Shown here: positions 36,395-48,639 of the stretch, piece by piece
Layout: the number at the start of each line of letters is the position of its first letter
Position numbering within the stretch: the stretch's first letter is position 1
Assembly (NCBI GenBank): GCA_963514005.1
Contig: OY740808.1
Span: forward strand, 2,046,001-2,110,000
Direction of reading: 5' to 3'
DNA from: Raja brachyura
Taxonomy: Eukaryota
Length of the DNA: 64,000 nt
The notes under the pieces: model-generated
Databases searched by the model: none
What the model was told of the DNA's origin: nothing
The model's input: the letters and a program-made list of their open reading frames with translations, nothing else
Position numbers and translations under genes: made by a program

Positions 36395-36505
36395 CATCGC
36401 AGCAGAATGAGGCCATTCGGCCCATCAAGTCTGCTCCGCCAATCGATCATGACTGATCTATTTTTTTCCTCTCAACCCCATTCTTCTGCCTTCTCTCCGC
36501 AACCT
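36395..36505 (-). mobile_element. CR1 3' tip
   Basis: GCAGAATGAGGCCATTCGGCCCATCAAGTCTGCTCCGCCA..ATCATGACTGATC. Confidence 0.7.
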
Positions 36506-36509
36506 CCCA

Positions 36510-37320
36510 TCAGACTCCACATCCAACATGTCATTCCCTGACGTTTCCGCCACCTTCTATCACATTACACCAGTCACAACTTCCCATCCCCTTCGCAACT
36601 ATTTGCTTCACTCATCCCTCCCCACCCAAACCATCCCCTCCCCAGGTACTCTTCTCTGCAACAGCAGGAGATGTAACAGTTGTCCCTTTACCTCCTGACT
36701 AAACATAGACTAAGTGACCATCTCGCTTAGTCTGCCAGGACATACTGGATCTCCTGGTTGTTGACTATTTAAACTACCCATTCCTATACTGACCTTTCAG
36801 TCCTGGACCTCCTTCATTGTCAGAGTGAGGCCACAAGCAAGTAGAAAGAAGAGAACTTCTTATTTCACTTGGGGTGCTTGCAACCCAACGGTATGAACAT
36901 TGAATTCTCCAATTTTAGGTAACTTACCTACTAACACCTCCCTCCCCATTTGCACCCCATTTTCCATCTTCTCTTCCCTGTGTCCTATCTGTATGCACTT
37001 CCAATTCCCCTCTCCTCTCCCGATCCCCTTCCACCTATATTCCTTTTTCTGACTTCACATTTATGCTTCTTCTATCCTTATCTCTCACTTTTTGGTATTT
37101 TCATCTCTGGCCTTTGTCCATCCAGCTGCCGATCAATATTCTCTCTCACTTGTATTCATCCATCACTTGATAGCCTTTGTCCCATCCCAACCTCTCTTCC
37201 AGATTTCTCCTCACCAATTACAATTGATCTGCGGAAGGGTCTGACTCGAAATGGCTCTTAACCATGTTCTCCAGAGATGCTACTTGACCCACTGAGTTAC
37301 TCAAGCACTTTATATCTTTT
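36510..37320 (+). mobile_element. Decayed PLE 3' region (Zn-finger/GIY-YIG remnant + terminal repeat)
   Basis: CNSRRCNSCPF (CxxxxCxxC linker of PLEs), FHLGCLQPNGMNIEFSNF, and a degenerate hammerhead/terminus at ~37228-37315. Confidence 0.75.
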
Positions 37321-37599
37321 ATCATTATTTTAAATGTATTTAAGCTCCTTAAAACATAATTTATTTATTGTTCTTTTCATATACTACAGTCAACAAATCA
37401 ACCCATACAAGATTATCTGGCTGGGGTGAAATAAATTGCATTGTGCTTAATTGCAGTTGGAGTTAAAATATTGGGATCAAATTATTTTTGCTACAAACAT
37501 TGTGGGCCGAAAGGCCCGTTCCTGTGCAGTACTATCCTGTCAGATGATAGCCATCATGTGACCTGCTCTTTGTAGCCATGATATTTCTATGGATAAAAT

Positions 37600-37752
37600 C
37601 TGTAAGAAAAAACTGCAGAAGCTGGTTTAAATGGAAGGTAGACATAAAATGCTGGAGTAACTCAGCGGGAAAGGCAGCATCTCTAGAGAAAAGCAATGGG
37701 TGATGTTGCTGCTTGTCCTGCTGAGTTACTCCAGCATTTTGTGTCTACCTTT
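37600..37752. mobile_element. Fold-back PLE-end mini-element
   Basis: AAGGTAGACATAAAATGCTGGAGTAACTCAGC is inverted against GCTGAGTTACTCCAGCATTTTGTGTCTACCTT. Confidence 0.8.
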
Positions 37753-37939
37753 CTTTATATGGCTGTTCTACCTGAGGTTCTGGTTAAATATGAACCCCCA
37801 GGATGTGATGGTGGGTGAAGACAGTGCTGTTACTTTCAAATGTAGGTAGCTTTAGTCTCCCTTCTTGGAGATTGTCATGGCAAGGCACTTGTGTGATAGA
37901 AATGTTACTTACTGCACCAGTACGTGCCTGAATACTGTG

Positions 37940-38096
37940 CATGCTGGTCCCTGGATCTGGAGGTGTGCATTTTCACACCCCTGTACCTCTTGGCTGATTG
38001 GAGAGGATAGAAAAGGGAATGTCCAGGGTGAAACTTATCCTTGATTATGCTGGTGGCCTTGCCGAAGCAGCCTGAAGTGTAGATGGAGTCAATGGA
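37940..38096 (-). mobile_element. Rex1/Babar LINE 3' fragment, interrupted by the CR1 (continues ~39225-39270)
   Basis: Minus-strand peptide SIDSIYTSGCFGKATSIIKDKFHPGHSLFYPLQSAKRYR matches the Rex1 C-terminal KAxxIIKDxxHPGHxLFxxLPSGRRYR motif. Confidence 0.8.
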
Positions 38097-39224
38097 AGCA
38101 CACAGCATTGGGGGTTCAGTATTGATGTGGATAGAGAACTGGCTGCCAAACAGGAAGCAAAGAGTAGGAGTAAACGGGTCCTTTTCACAATGGGAGGCAG
38201 TGACTAGTGGGGTACCGCAAGGCTCAGTGCTGGGACCCCAGCTATTTACAATATACATTAATGATCTGGATGAGGGAATTGAAGGCAATATCTCCAAGTT
38301 TGCAGATGACACTAAGCTGGGGGGCAGTGTTAGCTGTGAGGAGGATGCTAGGAGACTGCAAGGTGACTTGGATAGGCTGGGTGAGTGGGCAAATGTGTGG
38401 CATATGCAGTATAATGTGGATAAATGTGAGGTTATCCACTTTGGTGGCAAAAACAGGAAAGCAGACTATTATCTAAATGGTGGCCGATTAGGAAAAGGGG
38501 AGATGCAGCGTGACCTGGGTGTCATGGTACACCAGTCATTGAAAGTAGGCATGCAGGTGCTGCAGGCAGTGAACAAAGCGAATGGTATGTTAGCTTTCAT
38601 AGCAAAAGGCTCTCAGTATAGGAGCAGGTATACTTCAGTTGTACAGGGTCTTGGTGAGGCCAAACCTGGAGTATTGCATACAGTTCTGGTCTCCAAATCT
38701 GAGGAAGGACATTATTGCCATAGAGGGAGTGCAGAGAAGGTTCACCAGACAGATTCCTGGGATGTCAGGACTGTCTTATGAAGAAAGACTGGATAGACTC
38801 GGTTTATACTCTCTAGAATTTAGGAAATTGAGAGGGGATCTTATAGAAACTTACAAAATTCTTAAGGGGTTGGGCAGGCTAGATGCAGGAAGATTGTTCC
38901 CAATGTTGGGGAGGTCCAGGACAAGGGGTCACAGCTTAAGGATAAGGGGGGAATCCTTTAGGACCGAGATGAGAAGAACTTTTTTCACACAGAGAGTGGT
39001 GGGTCTCTGGAACTCTCTGGAACACAGAGGGTAGTTGAGGCCAGTTCATTGGCTTTATTTAAGAGGGAGTTAGATGTGGCCCTTGTGGCTAAGGGGATCA
39101 GAGGGTATGGAGAGAAGGCAGGTACGGGATACTAAGTTGGATGATCAGCCATGATCATATTGAATGGCGGTTCAGGCTCGAAGGGCCGAATGGCCTACTC
39201 CTGCACCTAATTTCTATGTTTCTA
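38097..39224 (+). mobile_element. Young 5'-truncated CR1, same subfamily as 18084-20932, two small frameshifts
   Basis: RT motifs GVPQGSVLGP and FADD. ~5-nt deletion near 38628 and ~2-nt insertion near 39020. TTTCTATGTTTCTA tail. Confidence 0.95.
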
Positions 39225-40748
39225 AGAGAGATTGGTTTGTATGATGGTCTGGGCTGTGTCCACAGTGTGGTCATTGGAGTGTTTTCCTTTGATGTTCTGT
39301 ATTACTGAAAGCCTACAAGGTATTACATTTTTCTTTTTTTTCTCCTTATGTTTGCTGTGGAGAAATAATTTAAAGTCTTCCATTTCCCACATAAGCCATT
39401 TTGGGACCTGCCTAATTAGCAATGTCATTTATTGACAACTTCTTGTTCTGAGGCCATGCTTGTTAAGAATTGAAACTGCTCTTTGCAATCTTATAATGTA
39501 AAATTCTGGCAGACAGCAAACAAGCAAACCATCTCATCAGTCTGCGCAAAATTTTGATTGTAGTCGAAGATCTAAAAGGTATGTGTCTAATGCTGTATAC
39601 CACCGGCCCCTCTGCACCACTGGATCCTGATGTGGTTGAATTCTACACGTTATTTCTGGGGAAAAAATAATTTCACAACTAATATTGACAGCTCATAAAA
39701 TATTTATTGGGGATGATTTTCTGTGCGTGAAGGAAAACGGGTGCTATTTTGTGCATTACAATGATTTTGTTAAGCAAAGAGCCATGAATATAGTTAAATT
39801 GACTGAAAAGGTATATGCCATTGTGTACAATACAAACATGATACTATAGTGAATATGTTCCACAGCTATTTTACCATCAACACCAAATTTCCATTAATGT
39901 CCTGTCAAGAATTTATCATTTTAAATCTAGAGGAATGTGGAATTTATGACATAGAAAATCACCCCATCGTTAACAGTAAATGAGAAGAATATGCACCTTA
40001 TTTATATATTTATAAATTCATTCGATTGAAGGAATATAACAAGATTTTTTTACATTATTTAATTAAACTAGAGCATCTTAAATTGAAATGTAATGTATCT
40101 TCAATTTTATAGCAATTATGCTGGTCTTGAAACATAAACAGTATTTAAATGTACACTTTTTGAGCACTCCCACCTTTCACGCTGAAATACATCACCTGCA
40201 ATGGTACTCCGCTTCAGGCACAATGAAGGATGCAAATTCAGTTCAAAATTTTTGTTAAATGAACTAATCTCATTTATCTGATGAATACAGAAATTTAACA
40301 AATGAATTTTTAAGAGATGTAATTTAACAAAGAATGAATATTGATTTAAATAAATGAGATTTTTGAATAGAGAGTAGAGAATTTATTTTTCATAACTAGT
40401 AATTATTTAACTAATTCTGCTGATGTGACTTTCAATGTTTGTCTCATGATACATTTCCTCTGGAATTCCTGATCCACATTATAATTTTAATCTGCAATTC
40501 CTTATTAATGCAATATTGCCTGACTCCAAATGGAATTATCTTGCTGCGAATGAAATTGAGCTCTTCCACAGGATTTGTGGAGCTTGCTCCCTAGCAGTCA
40601 AATGAATTGAGAGATGGGTGGAAGCATCTGAGTCCTCTGAACATTAATATTCACTTGACTTGCAACGTCCTTGACCCACTGGGAGAAGACATTTTGTGAC
40701 ATCTCTGGATACCTGTCGAGAGAAAGAAAACCTACAAATTTTTCACGT

Positions 40749-40927
40749 GAAGATAGACACAAAAAGCTGGAGTAACGCAGCGGGTCAGAGAGCATCTTTG
40801 GAGCAAAGGAATAGGTGACATTTTGGGTTGAGACACGTGAAGAAGAATCTGTCTGACCCACTGAGTTACTCCAGCTTTTTGTGTCTATCTTCGGTTTAAA
40901 CCAGCATCTGCAGTTCCTTCCTACACA
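40749..40927. mobile_element. Fold-back PLE-end mini-element
   Basis: GAAGATAGACACAAAAAGCTGGAGTAAC is inverted against GTTACTCCAGCTTTTTGTGTCTATCTTC. Flanks are TTTTTCACGTG and TTTTTCATGTG. Confidence 0.8.
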
Positions 40928-41041
40928 TTTTTTCATGTGTATAGCTTAGGTCCATCAAGTTGATTGTAGTATCCTTGCAGCTACCTTTGATGTTAGCTAC
41001 TCTCAATCGAGACGTGGATGGAAGACTTTCATTGTCTAGAT

Positions 41042-41391
41042 CACGGGTGGGGAACCTGCGGCCTTCTAAGCCATTAAGTGCGGCCTTTTGAATGAATCCA
41101 AATTTTGTAGAACAAATCTTTTTATTATTATTATTATTATGTTTTTGTTCATCTTTTATTATTTTTATTTTAATCTTAAAATGAATGTATTTAAAAGAGT
41201 AAAAGAAGATTCAACGAAATAATCCTCCTCGATTGACGGCCACAATTAAAACATTAGCAAGTCATGAGGGCTATTTTAACAAAATAATGTACATTTTGAA
41301 GTATATCTAATTGAAGTTTCGTGGATGTGGCCTTATTAGATTACAGCTAACTTAATTCCGCCTTCCACCGTGAAAAGGTTCCCCACCCCTG
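41042..41391. mobile_element. hAT-Charlie-type MITE, 350 bp
   Basis: 16-bp TIR CA(C/G)GGGTGGGGAACCT with one mismatch. Perfect 8-bp TSD GTCTAGAT (41034-41041; 41392-41399), fitting the NTCTAGAN Charlie target consensus. Confidence 0.93.
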
Positions 41392-43582
41392 GTCTAGATG
41401 GCTGACCTTCAACACGCAGGTGATTTATTGAAGATACGGTGAATGTGCCTGCAAGTGATTCCAACTCTGTAAGTGTGGGAAGGATGTCAGAGGAAAGGAT
41501 AAAAAAAAACAAAAAAAATCTAAGTGTGAAATTTAGGCTATCTAATCAAAGATCCCAGAATGTTATTGTAATTTGGGAAATCTCAACTTTGATCTTTCTC
41601 TCCAGTATTGAAACTTTAATGTTAGATTTTTGTGTGTGGAGAATATGAAGAGGATCGTAATAATGTCATAATTAATATAATGTAGTAATGGAGATAATCC
41701 TTGTAGCATGAGGACATTTTTATCTGTGTAATTGTAGTTAAGGGAATAGCTCAGTTTCACATTTGCAGATGACATTTTGCAAAATGCCTATTTCCCACTT
41801 ACTCGTTAATATTTTTCACCACTTTCAGCTGAAAATGATGTTCTCGTCATAGCTCTCCTACAGGATGGACTAGTTGCTCTATATGATGTTGTTGTGATGT
41901 TAAAATATTATGTTCACCACTCATCAAGAAATTTGTTATCAGTCAGTAGTTTGAGTTGCTCCTCAGTTCCTGTTTGTCCCTGATGAATGCACTCTTTTGG
42001 TGAAACTGACCTCCTCCAGTAGACCACTGTGACATTGATACAGCTCTTCTAATGATGAGAAATTGAGTTATAATGGCAGTTGTTGAACCGTAGGCTGCAA
42101 ATAAATGTGCTTTAGAGAACTGCCATTGGTGCCTCTAAATGGATTATATATTTTGTTTGGTAATCCAATATTTAATACCGGCCTAATCTCGAGTGGTTAT
42201 CTCTATTCCATTCTATGACAAGTGCCCTGATTTTTCTTCCCTCAAATAGACTGGTACACTGTCCCTAGTTTCATTCTTTGTTACTTATTCTTGACAATAT
42301 TATTTTATTGTCTATCTGTCCTGATTCCCCTTTGTTATATATTCATTCCTGTTCTTTGGTTTCTAACAACTGTAGTCCAGTGCAGGCATTGCCTGCTCTC
42401 TTTGTAAAAAAAAAAGCTTTTACTGTTTCTATTGATCTTAAATGCTGTAAGATGCAAATTACTATGCTTGACAGGGTTTGAGGCATTTTATCATCAATGG
42501 AAAGTAATTATCCCCTGCTACACTGATATTGGATTGTTAAGCTCGAGGATAATGCGTTGTGCAAGTCCTCAGAAACTGGTCCACCCCTGGGATTTGTGTG
42601 AATATGATGGATAGAAGGAAAGGAGAATGGCTGACTTGGGATCCTCTGGGACACATCACAACATGGGGGCTGTTCATTTTTCTAAAATTTATTTGGCAAA
42701 GGCACTACTGAAACTCATTTTTCCAGATCTTGCTGGTGCTATGATTGCTGAGTTATGTTTTTGAGTGGTTAGGTCACAGTTTCTACCTGGTTATTTCAGT
42801 TCAGTCTATTCTTAAGTATCAAAGTGTTGTTCATGAAAATAACCCACTTTGCATTTCTCATTAATATTTTGTTCTGGGCAGTTTCTCCAATAACATTTTT
42901 AAGTTGCATTTTTGTGTATTGGTTTATTGTTACCTGTATCATGATACAGTAAAATATTTGGAGGGACTGCTATTGATTTTTAACTTTAGTTATGCATCAG
43001 ATAACCTCAAAGATCTCTGGTTAAACTGTTGAAATTACAACTGGAAGGCCAGAACTTGAATCTATTTTTGACAGATAGATTGGCCCCGGTTTTTGGCTGC
43101 TTGTTATTTATGTTTTACAGAATTGCACTACTTTATCATAATGAAGCACTCCAGCTCCAGGAGAAAAGAAACTAATGGGATCAAAGTTGATCACCAAGAA
43201 ATATATATTTTTGGGCAGTTTGCAGGGACTGATAAACCAGACCATAATAGATCAAGGAGCTGGATAGCTGTGATTGAGATTTTTTTTGAGCCAATAATCT
43301 GAGTCAAAATTATCAATGAAAAACATGAATTAATAAATGACACCCTATGAAGGTTAGGTTAAGAAGATCACAGTTAGCTATCTTGACAGCTCTTTGCCGA
43401 AGTAAGTTGGTGGGTTGATGATGGGCAGGACAATTGATACTGTATGTGAACTTTCAAAGGGCATTAAGAAAGGACCGCAATAGACATATGGCAGCTAAAG
43501 AATAAACCAGAGAAGGGTGGCATACTGTACTCTGGGAGGAAGAATGAAGCGTTAGCATGTAATCTAAGTTGTATAATTGTAA

Positions 43583-43748
43583 TGTGTAGGTAGGAACTGC
43601 AGATGCTAGTTTACACGGAAGATAGACACAAAATGCTGGAGTAACATAGCGGGACAGGCAGCACCTCAGGAGAGAAGGAATAGGTGATGTTTCAGGTCGA
43701 GACACTTCTTCAGACCAAAACGTTACCCATTCCTTCTCTCCAGAGATG
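43583..43748. mobile_element. PLE-end mini-element with partial fold-back and 12-bp TSD
   Basis: GTATAATTGTAA at 43571-43582 and 43749-43760. The inversion junction falls inside the hammerhead core. Confidence 0.85.
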
Positions 43749-43759
43749 GTATAATTGTA

Positions 43760-44890
43760 AAATGGGTGCAGAAACACTGGTGGTGTGCTATACAAATCTT
43801 TGAAAATGGCGAGAAAAGTGGAAAAGGTGTGTAAAAACAAAAAGAGGAATTATTGCTTTCATAAACAGATGCAAGGCAGCTATACTAAACTTTTAAAAAT
43901 CACTGAATATGCCTCACCAGTTGGAGAAGAGGCCACCTCTGGAAATCACAATTAGGAAGAATATTGAAACCTTGGAGAGGGTGCAGAGGAGAATTACTTT
44001 GGTGGTATAAGTGATTCAGGACCAATTACATCGAGACTAGAAATTCAGCTTTTCATCTTGGAACTTACATAGAAAATTTTGGGGGGAAATGAATAAAGAT
44101 GAAAAAGCATTAAAAGTTTTCATTGTATATGTGCTGAGAAATTGTTTCCAGATACCACATGAGAACTGTCAGTAATCATGAAACAGATTTTAGCTAACTG
44201 AGTAAATGCCAGAGTTTAGATTTTTAACAACAAATTGAATTATAAATTATATATTTTCTTTGAAAGTGTGTTGGAAGCAAATTCAAATTTGAGCTGTCCA
44301 TTAATCACCATTAGAGGAGGTTTACACACTTTTTTTCAGTCAGCTTATCAATATCCATCACAGCCAAAGACTATCTTAGCCTAAGACAACTGTCAACCAC
44401 CAATTGAATATCTTCTGCAAATTTAACAATCATGTCTCCTATACTGATTATATAACAAACAGTAAAGATCACAACGGCAATTACTGCAGAACACCACAAG
44501 TCACAAAAATATAATCACAAAAACAACCCTTGACCATCCCTCTCTGCCTTTTATCACCATACCAATGTTGCCAAATTGCCCTGGATCAGATGGGCTCGAA
44601 CCTTTCGGACACGTCTCTCACTAGGGACCTTATCAAAGGTTCATGGAGGCTACCTCAAGTCCATTACCCTCATTGACATGCTTAGTTATGGCTCCAAACA
44701 TTTTCATCTAAATTCAACAAAGCAAAGCTGAATATCCTTGATTTAATATCTGCCTACCCAAGTGCCGATTAATATTGTCCTCAGAATTGTTTCCAATAAT
44801 TTCCTCACCACTGATGTTAGACTCATTAGCCTGTAATTACCTAGCTGCTCCCCTGTCTTGCTTGAATAAAAATGCCATATTTTATGCCCT
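43760..44890. mobile_element. Two very old CR1 fragments (plus ~43760-44285; minus ~44390-44890)
   Basis: Degenerate TTGGAGAGGGTGCAGAGGAGA (LERVQRR) and CACCACTGATGTTAGACTCATTAGCCTGTAATT (NYRLMSLTSVV on the minus strand). Confidence 0.6.
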
Positions 44891-45289
44891 CATGAATGGT
44901 ATCATTAGCTTGGGTAGCACGTAAAGTAGTTTTTCACTATCTTGGTACGTGACAATTTAAAAAAAACATGGAACTTAGTCTGTGTTTGAAGAGATAAAGA
45001 CTTAACAGTCAATAATAATTTTGTTAAAACACTTCCCCTTTTCTTGCAGAGATGCCAATGTATATTGCAGTTGCTGATTGATCATTTATATCAGATCATT
45101 TATCTTGGTCAGTTGTGGCTGCCAGTGATTTTCTTCCATCTTTATACCATGTTTTCCAGCTGAGTATGTTGACAATTTCACAATTTGTTCCTATTTGTTA
45201 AAGGTGAGGCTACATGTACATCTGTAAACTACAATGATTTTGTAAACTGCATACATTAAATACTTACATTTTACATTATTTCCAGAATA

Positions 45290-45763
45290 AGCATGCAGGT
45301 ACAGGGATGGTGGGTCTGACATATGATGAAAGAATGGATTGACTGGGCTTGCATTCACTGGAATTTAGAAGAATGAAAGGGGATCTTATAGAAGCATATG
45401 TAATTCTTAAGGGATTGGACAGGCTAGATGCAGGAAAAATGTTCCCCATGTTGGAGTCCAGAACCAGGGGTCACCGTTTAAGAATAAGGGGTAGGCCATT
45501 TAGGACTGTTGAGGAAAAACCTTTTCACCCAGAGAGTTGTGAATCCGTGGAATTCTCTGCCACAGAAGGCAATGGAGGCCAATTCACTGGATGTTTTCAA
45601 GAGAGAGTTAGATTTAGCTCTTAGGGCTAACGGAATCAAGGGATATGGGGAAACAGCAGGAACGGGGTACTGATTTTGGATGATCAGCCATGATCATATT
45701 GAATGGCGGTACTGGGTCGAAGGGCTGAATGACCTACTCCTGCAACTATTTTCTATGTTTCTA
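45290..45763 (+). mobile_element. CR1 LINE 3' fragment
   Basis: SLEFRRMKGDLIEAYVILKGLDRLDAGKMFPMLESRTRGH, with a TTTTCTATGTTTCTA tail. Confidence 0.92.
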
Positions 45764-46244
45764 ATACTTGGAAAAGATTGTGAGAAAAATGCACAGCATT
45801 AAAATTACATTAATATTCTAACACTACACATTTGTCTAACTTCTTCTGAAAACATTTTAAAATTTAATGTAGGATTTACTACACTAAATAAATTATGTAA
45901 TTTAAGATCCAAATTAAATTCTGTTTCTGTTACTGACCTGTTTCCATTGTGTGGTGGAGCCAATTTTTGAACTCGTGCACAATAAACAATCTGCTGAATT
46001 GAATTTATCCCATAATTCAGTGATGCCACAGTAAATTAAAAATCACAGAGTTCCATTATGGCTCCATTCGTAAATACAATTATGTCACTGAGCCATGAGA
46101 ATTTGCTTTCTAACGCAAGTTACATTATCTAGAGTGGCAAGTAAGACACTAAGTAGATTTTATTGCACTGATCAGGAGTACGTTCCAATCTGATCTATCC
46201 CATGTGTTTATAAAAAAAACAAAACGCTTTTACAGTTTAAAATC

Positions 46245-46550
46245 AAACTCAGTTGGTAGAAATGTCCCTTCTGAAATGATGGGTTATGAGATCCAATCCT
46301 GCTCCAGTGAATGCATTGCAAAATAATTTAAAGCAACATTTTAAAATACGCTAAATCAAGGCCCCATCTCGCTGCTTTATTACAAGATCCCGAGGTGGTG
46401 TACATCCCTTTGTTAAGGGCGCTATAAAAATGCCATTCTTTTCACTTCTGGTTTGTGGGATCTTCTCATGCACACTGGTTGCATTGTTTATGTGCACAGT
46501 GTACTTGACTGCAATTCAAGGATAATGTATTGGTGGAACACCTCATGTCC
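46245..46550 (+). mobile_element. Ancient Deu-domain SINE remnant
   Basis: tRNA-like head, TAAATCAAGGCCCCATCT..AAGATCCC (Deu domain-like), AGGGCGCTATAAAAATGC and TGTGGGATCTT 3' pieces. Confidence 0.5.
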
Positions 46551-47389
46551 TGCAAATCTGATGCATCATATCAACACAAGGTGGTCTCATTTCTTTCCGT
46601 ACTCAATTCACTCAGGAATTTATTTCATTAATAAACAAATTAATCGGTGAAGTTCAATGTAAGGGTTGGAGCTGACATGAGAAAACACTATTGATTGTGA
46701 CATTGGCTAAACTGCTGAGTAAGAAGAATAACAAAAATATTAGTGCCTTTTTCCATGTATGTTAATAGAATTTGATGTTATATTGTGAACTAATTCAGCA
46801 TTATGCTGCTGTGCAGAACCTCATTAACAAACATGTGATTGAAGCTTCAAAGTGCAGGTTTAGCTGTTTTATAATTAAATAAAATGGACGCATTAGTTCC
46901 GTGCCTGAATTTTCTGGAATAAAACAGATGCATAAATTAGTGCCTAATTAGTACAGATAATAAGGAAGATAACTAGAATGGCTTATTTGCTCAGCATGAT
47001 TATTACAGTATGATTGTTATAATATAAAATGATATGTTGCACAATAATTGACAAACCTTAATCCTCACTCATCAAGATGAAACTGCAACCCATGAGACAC
47101 TTGGTGAGTTGTAATGTCAATCATTCTGTTTTATGTTCCATTTAAATTTGAAAGCACTGAATCAATGTAGGTATTTCAATGTATTGAAATAGCTAATTCA
47201 GCCTAAGCTTAAACTAATAGACTTGTCATTCTACTGGTCACAATGCTATTACAAAACAGAATAAAATCTGATATTATACAATAGCGTTTTACATTTATTA
47301 ACTGCCTTTTTATAGCAGGAAATGAGCAAGGGTAAGCATGAGATCTCATTGAAACTGCTCTGGTAAATCTGGTAACTGTTAGAGCACTG

Positions 47390-47957
47390 GAGAGTTTTGC
47401 AGAACAAAGATCTGGGAGTACAGGTGCATGGCTCACTGAAAATAGCAAGTAAGGTGGACAGTGTGGTGAAGGAGGTGTTTGGCATGTTTGCCTTCAAAAG
47501 CAAGGGAATTGAGTACTAACGTTTACACATCATGATGCAGCTGTGCAAGTCATTGGTGAGACCACAGTTGGAGTACTGTATGCAGTTCTAGTTGCCTATC
47601 TACAGGAGGGATGTCATTAGGTTGGAAAGGGTGCAGAAAAGATTACTAGGTCGCTTCCTAGACTTGTGGATGAGCTAAAGGGAGTAGTTGGATAGGTTAA
47701 GACTTTTTTCTTTGGAGACATTTAAAGGGATCTCAGGGCAACCTTTTTACTCCGAGAGTAGTCAATATCTGAAATTAGTTGCAAGAGGAATCTACAGAAG
47801 TGGATGCAATTATGGCTTTAAAAGACATTTGGACAGATACATGGATGGGAAGGGGCCAGAGGGCATTGAACCGAATGGGACCAGCTTAGTATGCCAATTT
47901 GGTGGGCATGGACCGATGAGCCTCTCTGTATGCGGTTTAGCTCTATGACTCTGTAAC
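47390..47957 (+). mobile_element. Old CR1 3' fragment
   Basis: MMQLCKSLVRPQLEYCMQF, LDRLRLFSLE and FKRHLDRYMDGKG, with a CTATGACTCTG tail. Confidence 0.85.
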
Positions 47958-47984
47958 ATCTCACAGAGGAGGACATCTGCCATC

Positions 47985-48362
47985 CTTGTCCTGGTGGTGT
48001 GAGACCTCAGGCTTCTGTATCTCCTGCCTGATGGGAGCACCAAGAAGAGGGCCTGGCCCAGATGGTACGGATCCTTGATGACAGATACTGCCGCCTTCAG
48101 GCAAGACATCATGTAGATGCTTTAGATCGTGGGAAGTACTGCACTGAGATACCACTCTGTAGTATCTTGCATTGCCTTGTGTTGGAACTTGCTGGACCAG
48201 GCCATGTTGCAACCAGTCAGGATACTTTCTGCAGTGCATCTGTAGAGGTTTGTTGGGAGTATTCGGTGGCATTCTGAATCTCTTCTGAGAAAGTCGAGGT
48301 GCTGGTGTGCCACCTTCTTGGTTACATCTATGTGCTGGGCCCAGGAACTTGAAGCTGCTGAA
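47985..48362 (-). mobile_element. Rex1/Babar LINE 3' fragment
   Basis: TNLYRCTAESILTGC..AW and CLKAAVSVIKDPYHLGQALFLVLPSGRRYRSL. Confidence 0.85.
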
Positions 48363-48639
48363 CCTCAGCCTTCCAATGAAATCACTAATGATTCACCATT
48401 CTCTGCAACAAAAAAAATCCTACATGTCTCAATCTTAAATGGCTGCCCCTTATTAAGTAACTAAATCCCCTCAATTCAGACTTTCACAAATGGCAACCTC
48501 TCAACATCTACACTATCATGTTCCTGAGGGTCTTGCAGACTTTAGTAAACTTATCCCTTATCTTCTAGACTCCAAATACCATTTCAAAATGTCCAATCTA
48601 TCTTATTGGTTCCATGAAATAGCAAAAAAAAAGAGGAAA

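Noticed and set aside
37905-38781. 181-aa (-) and 232-aa (+) ORFs
   Set aside because: Chimeras of CR1 RT (sense or antisense) and Rex1 remnants, not host genes.
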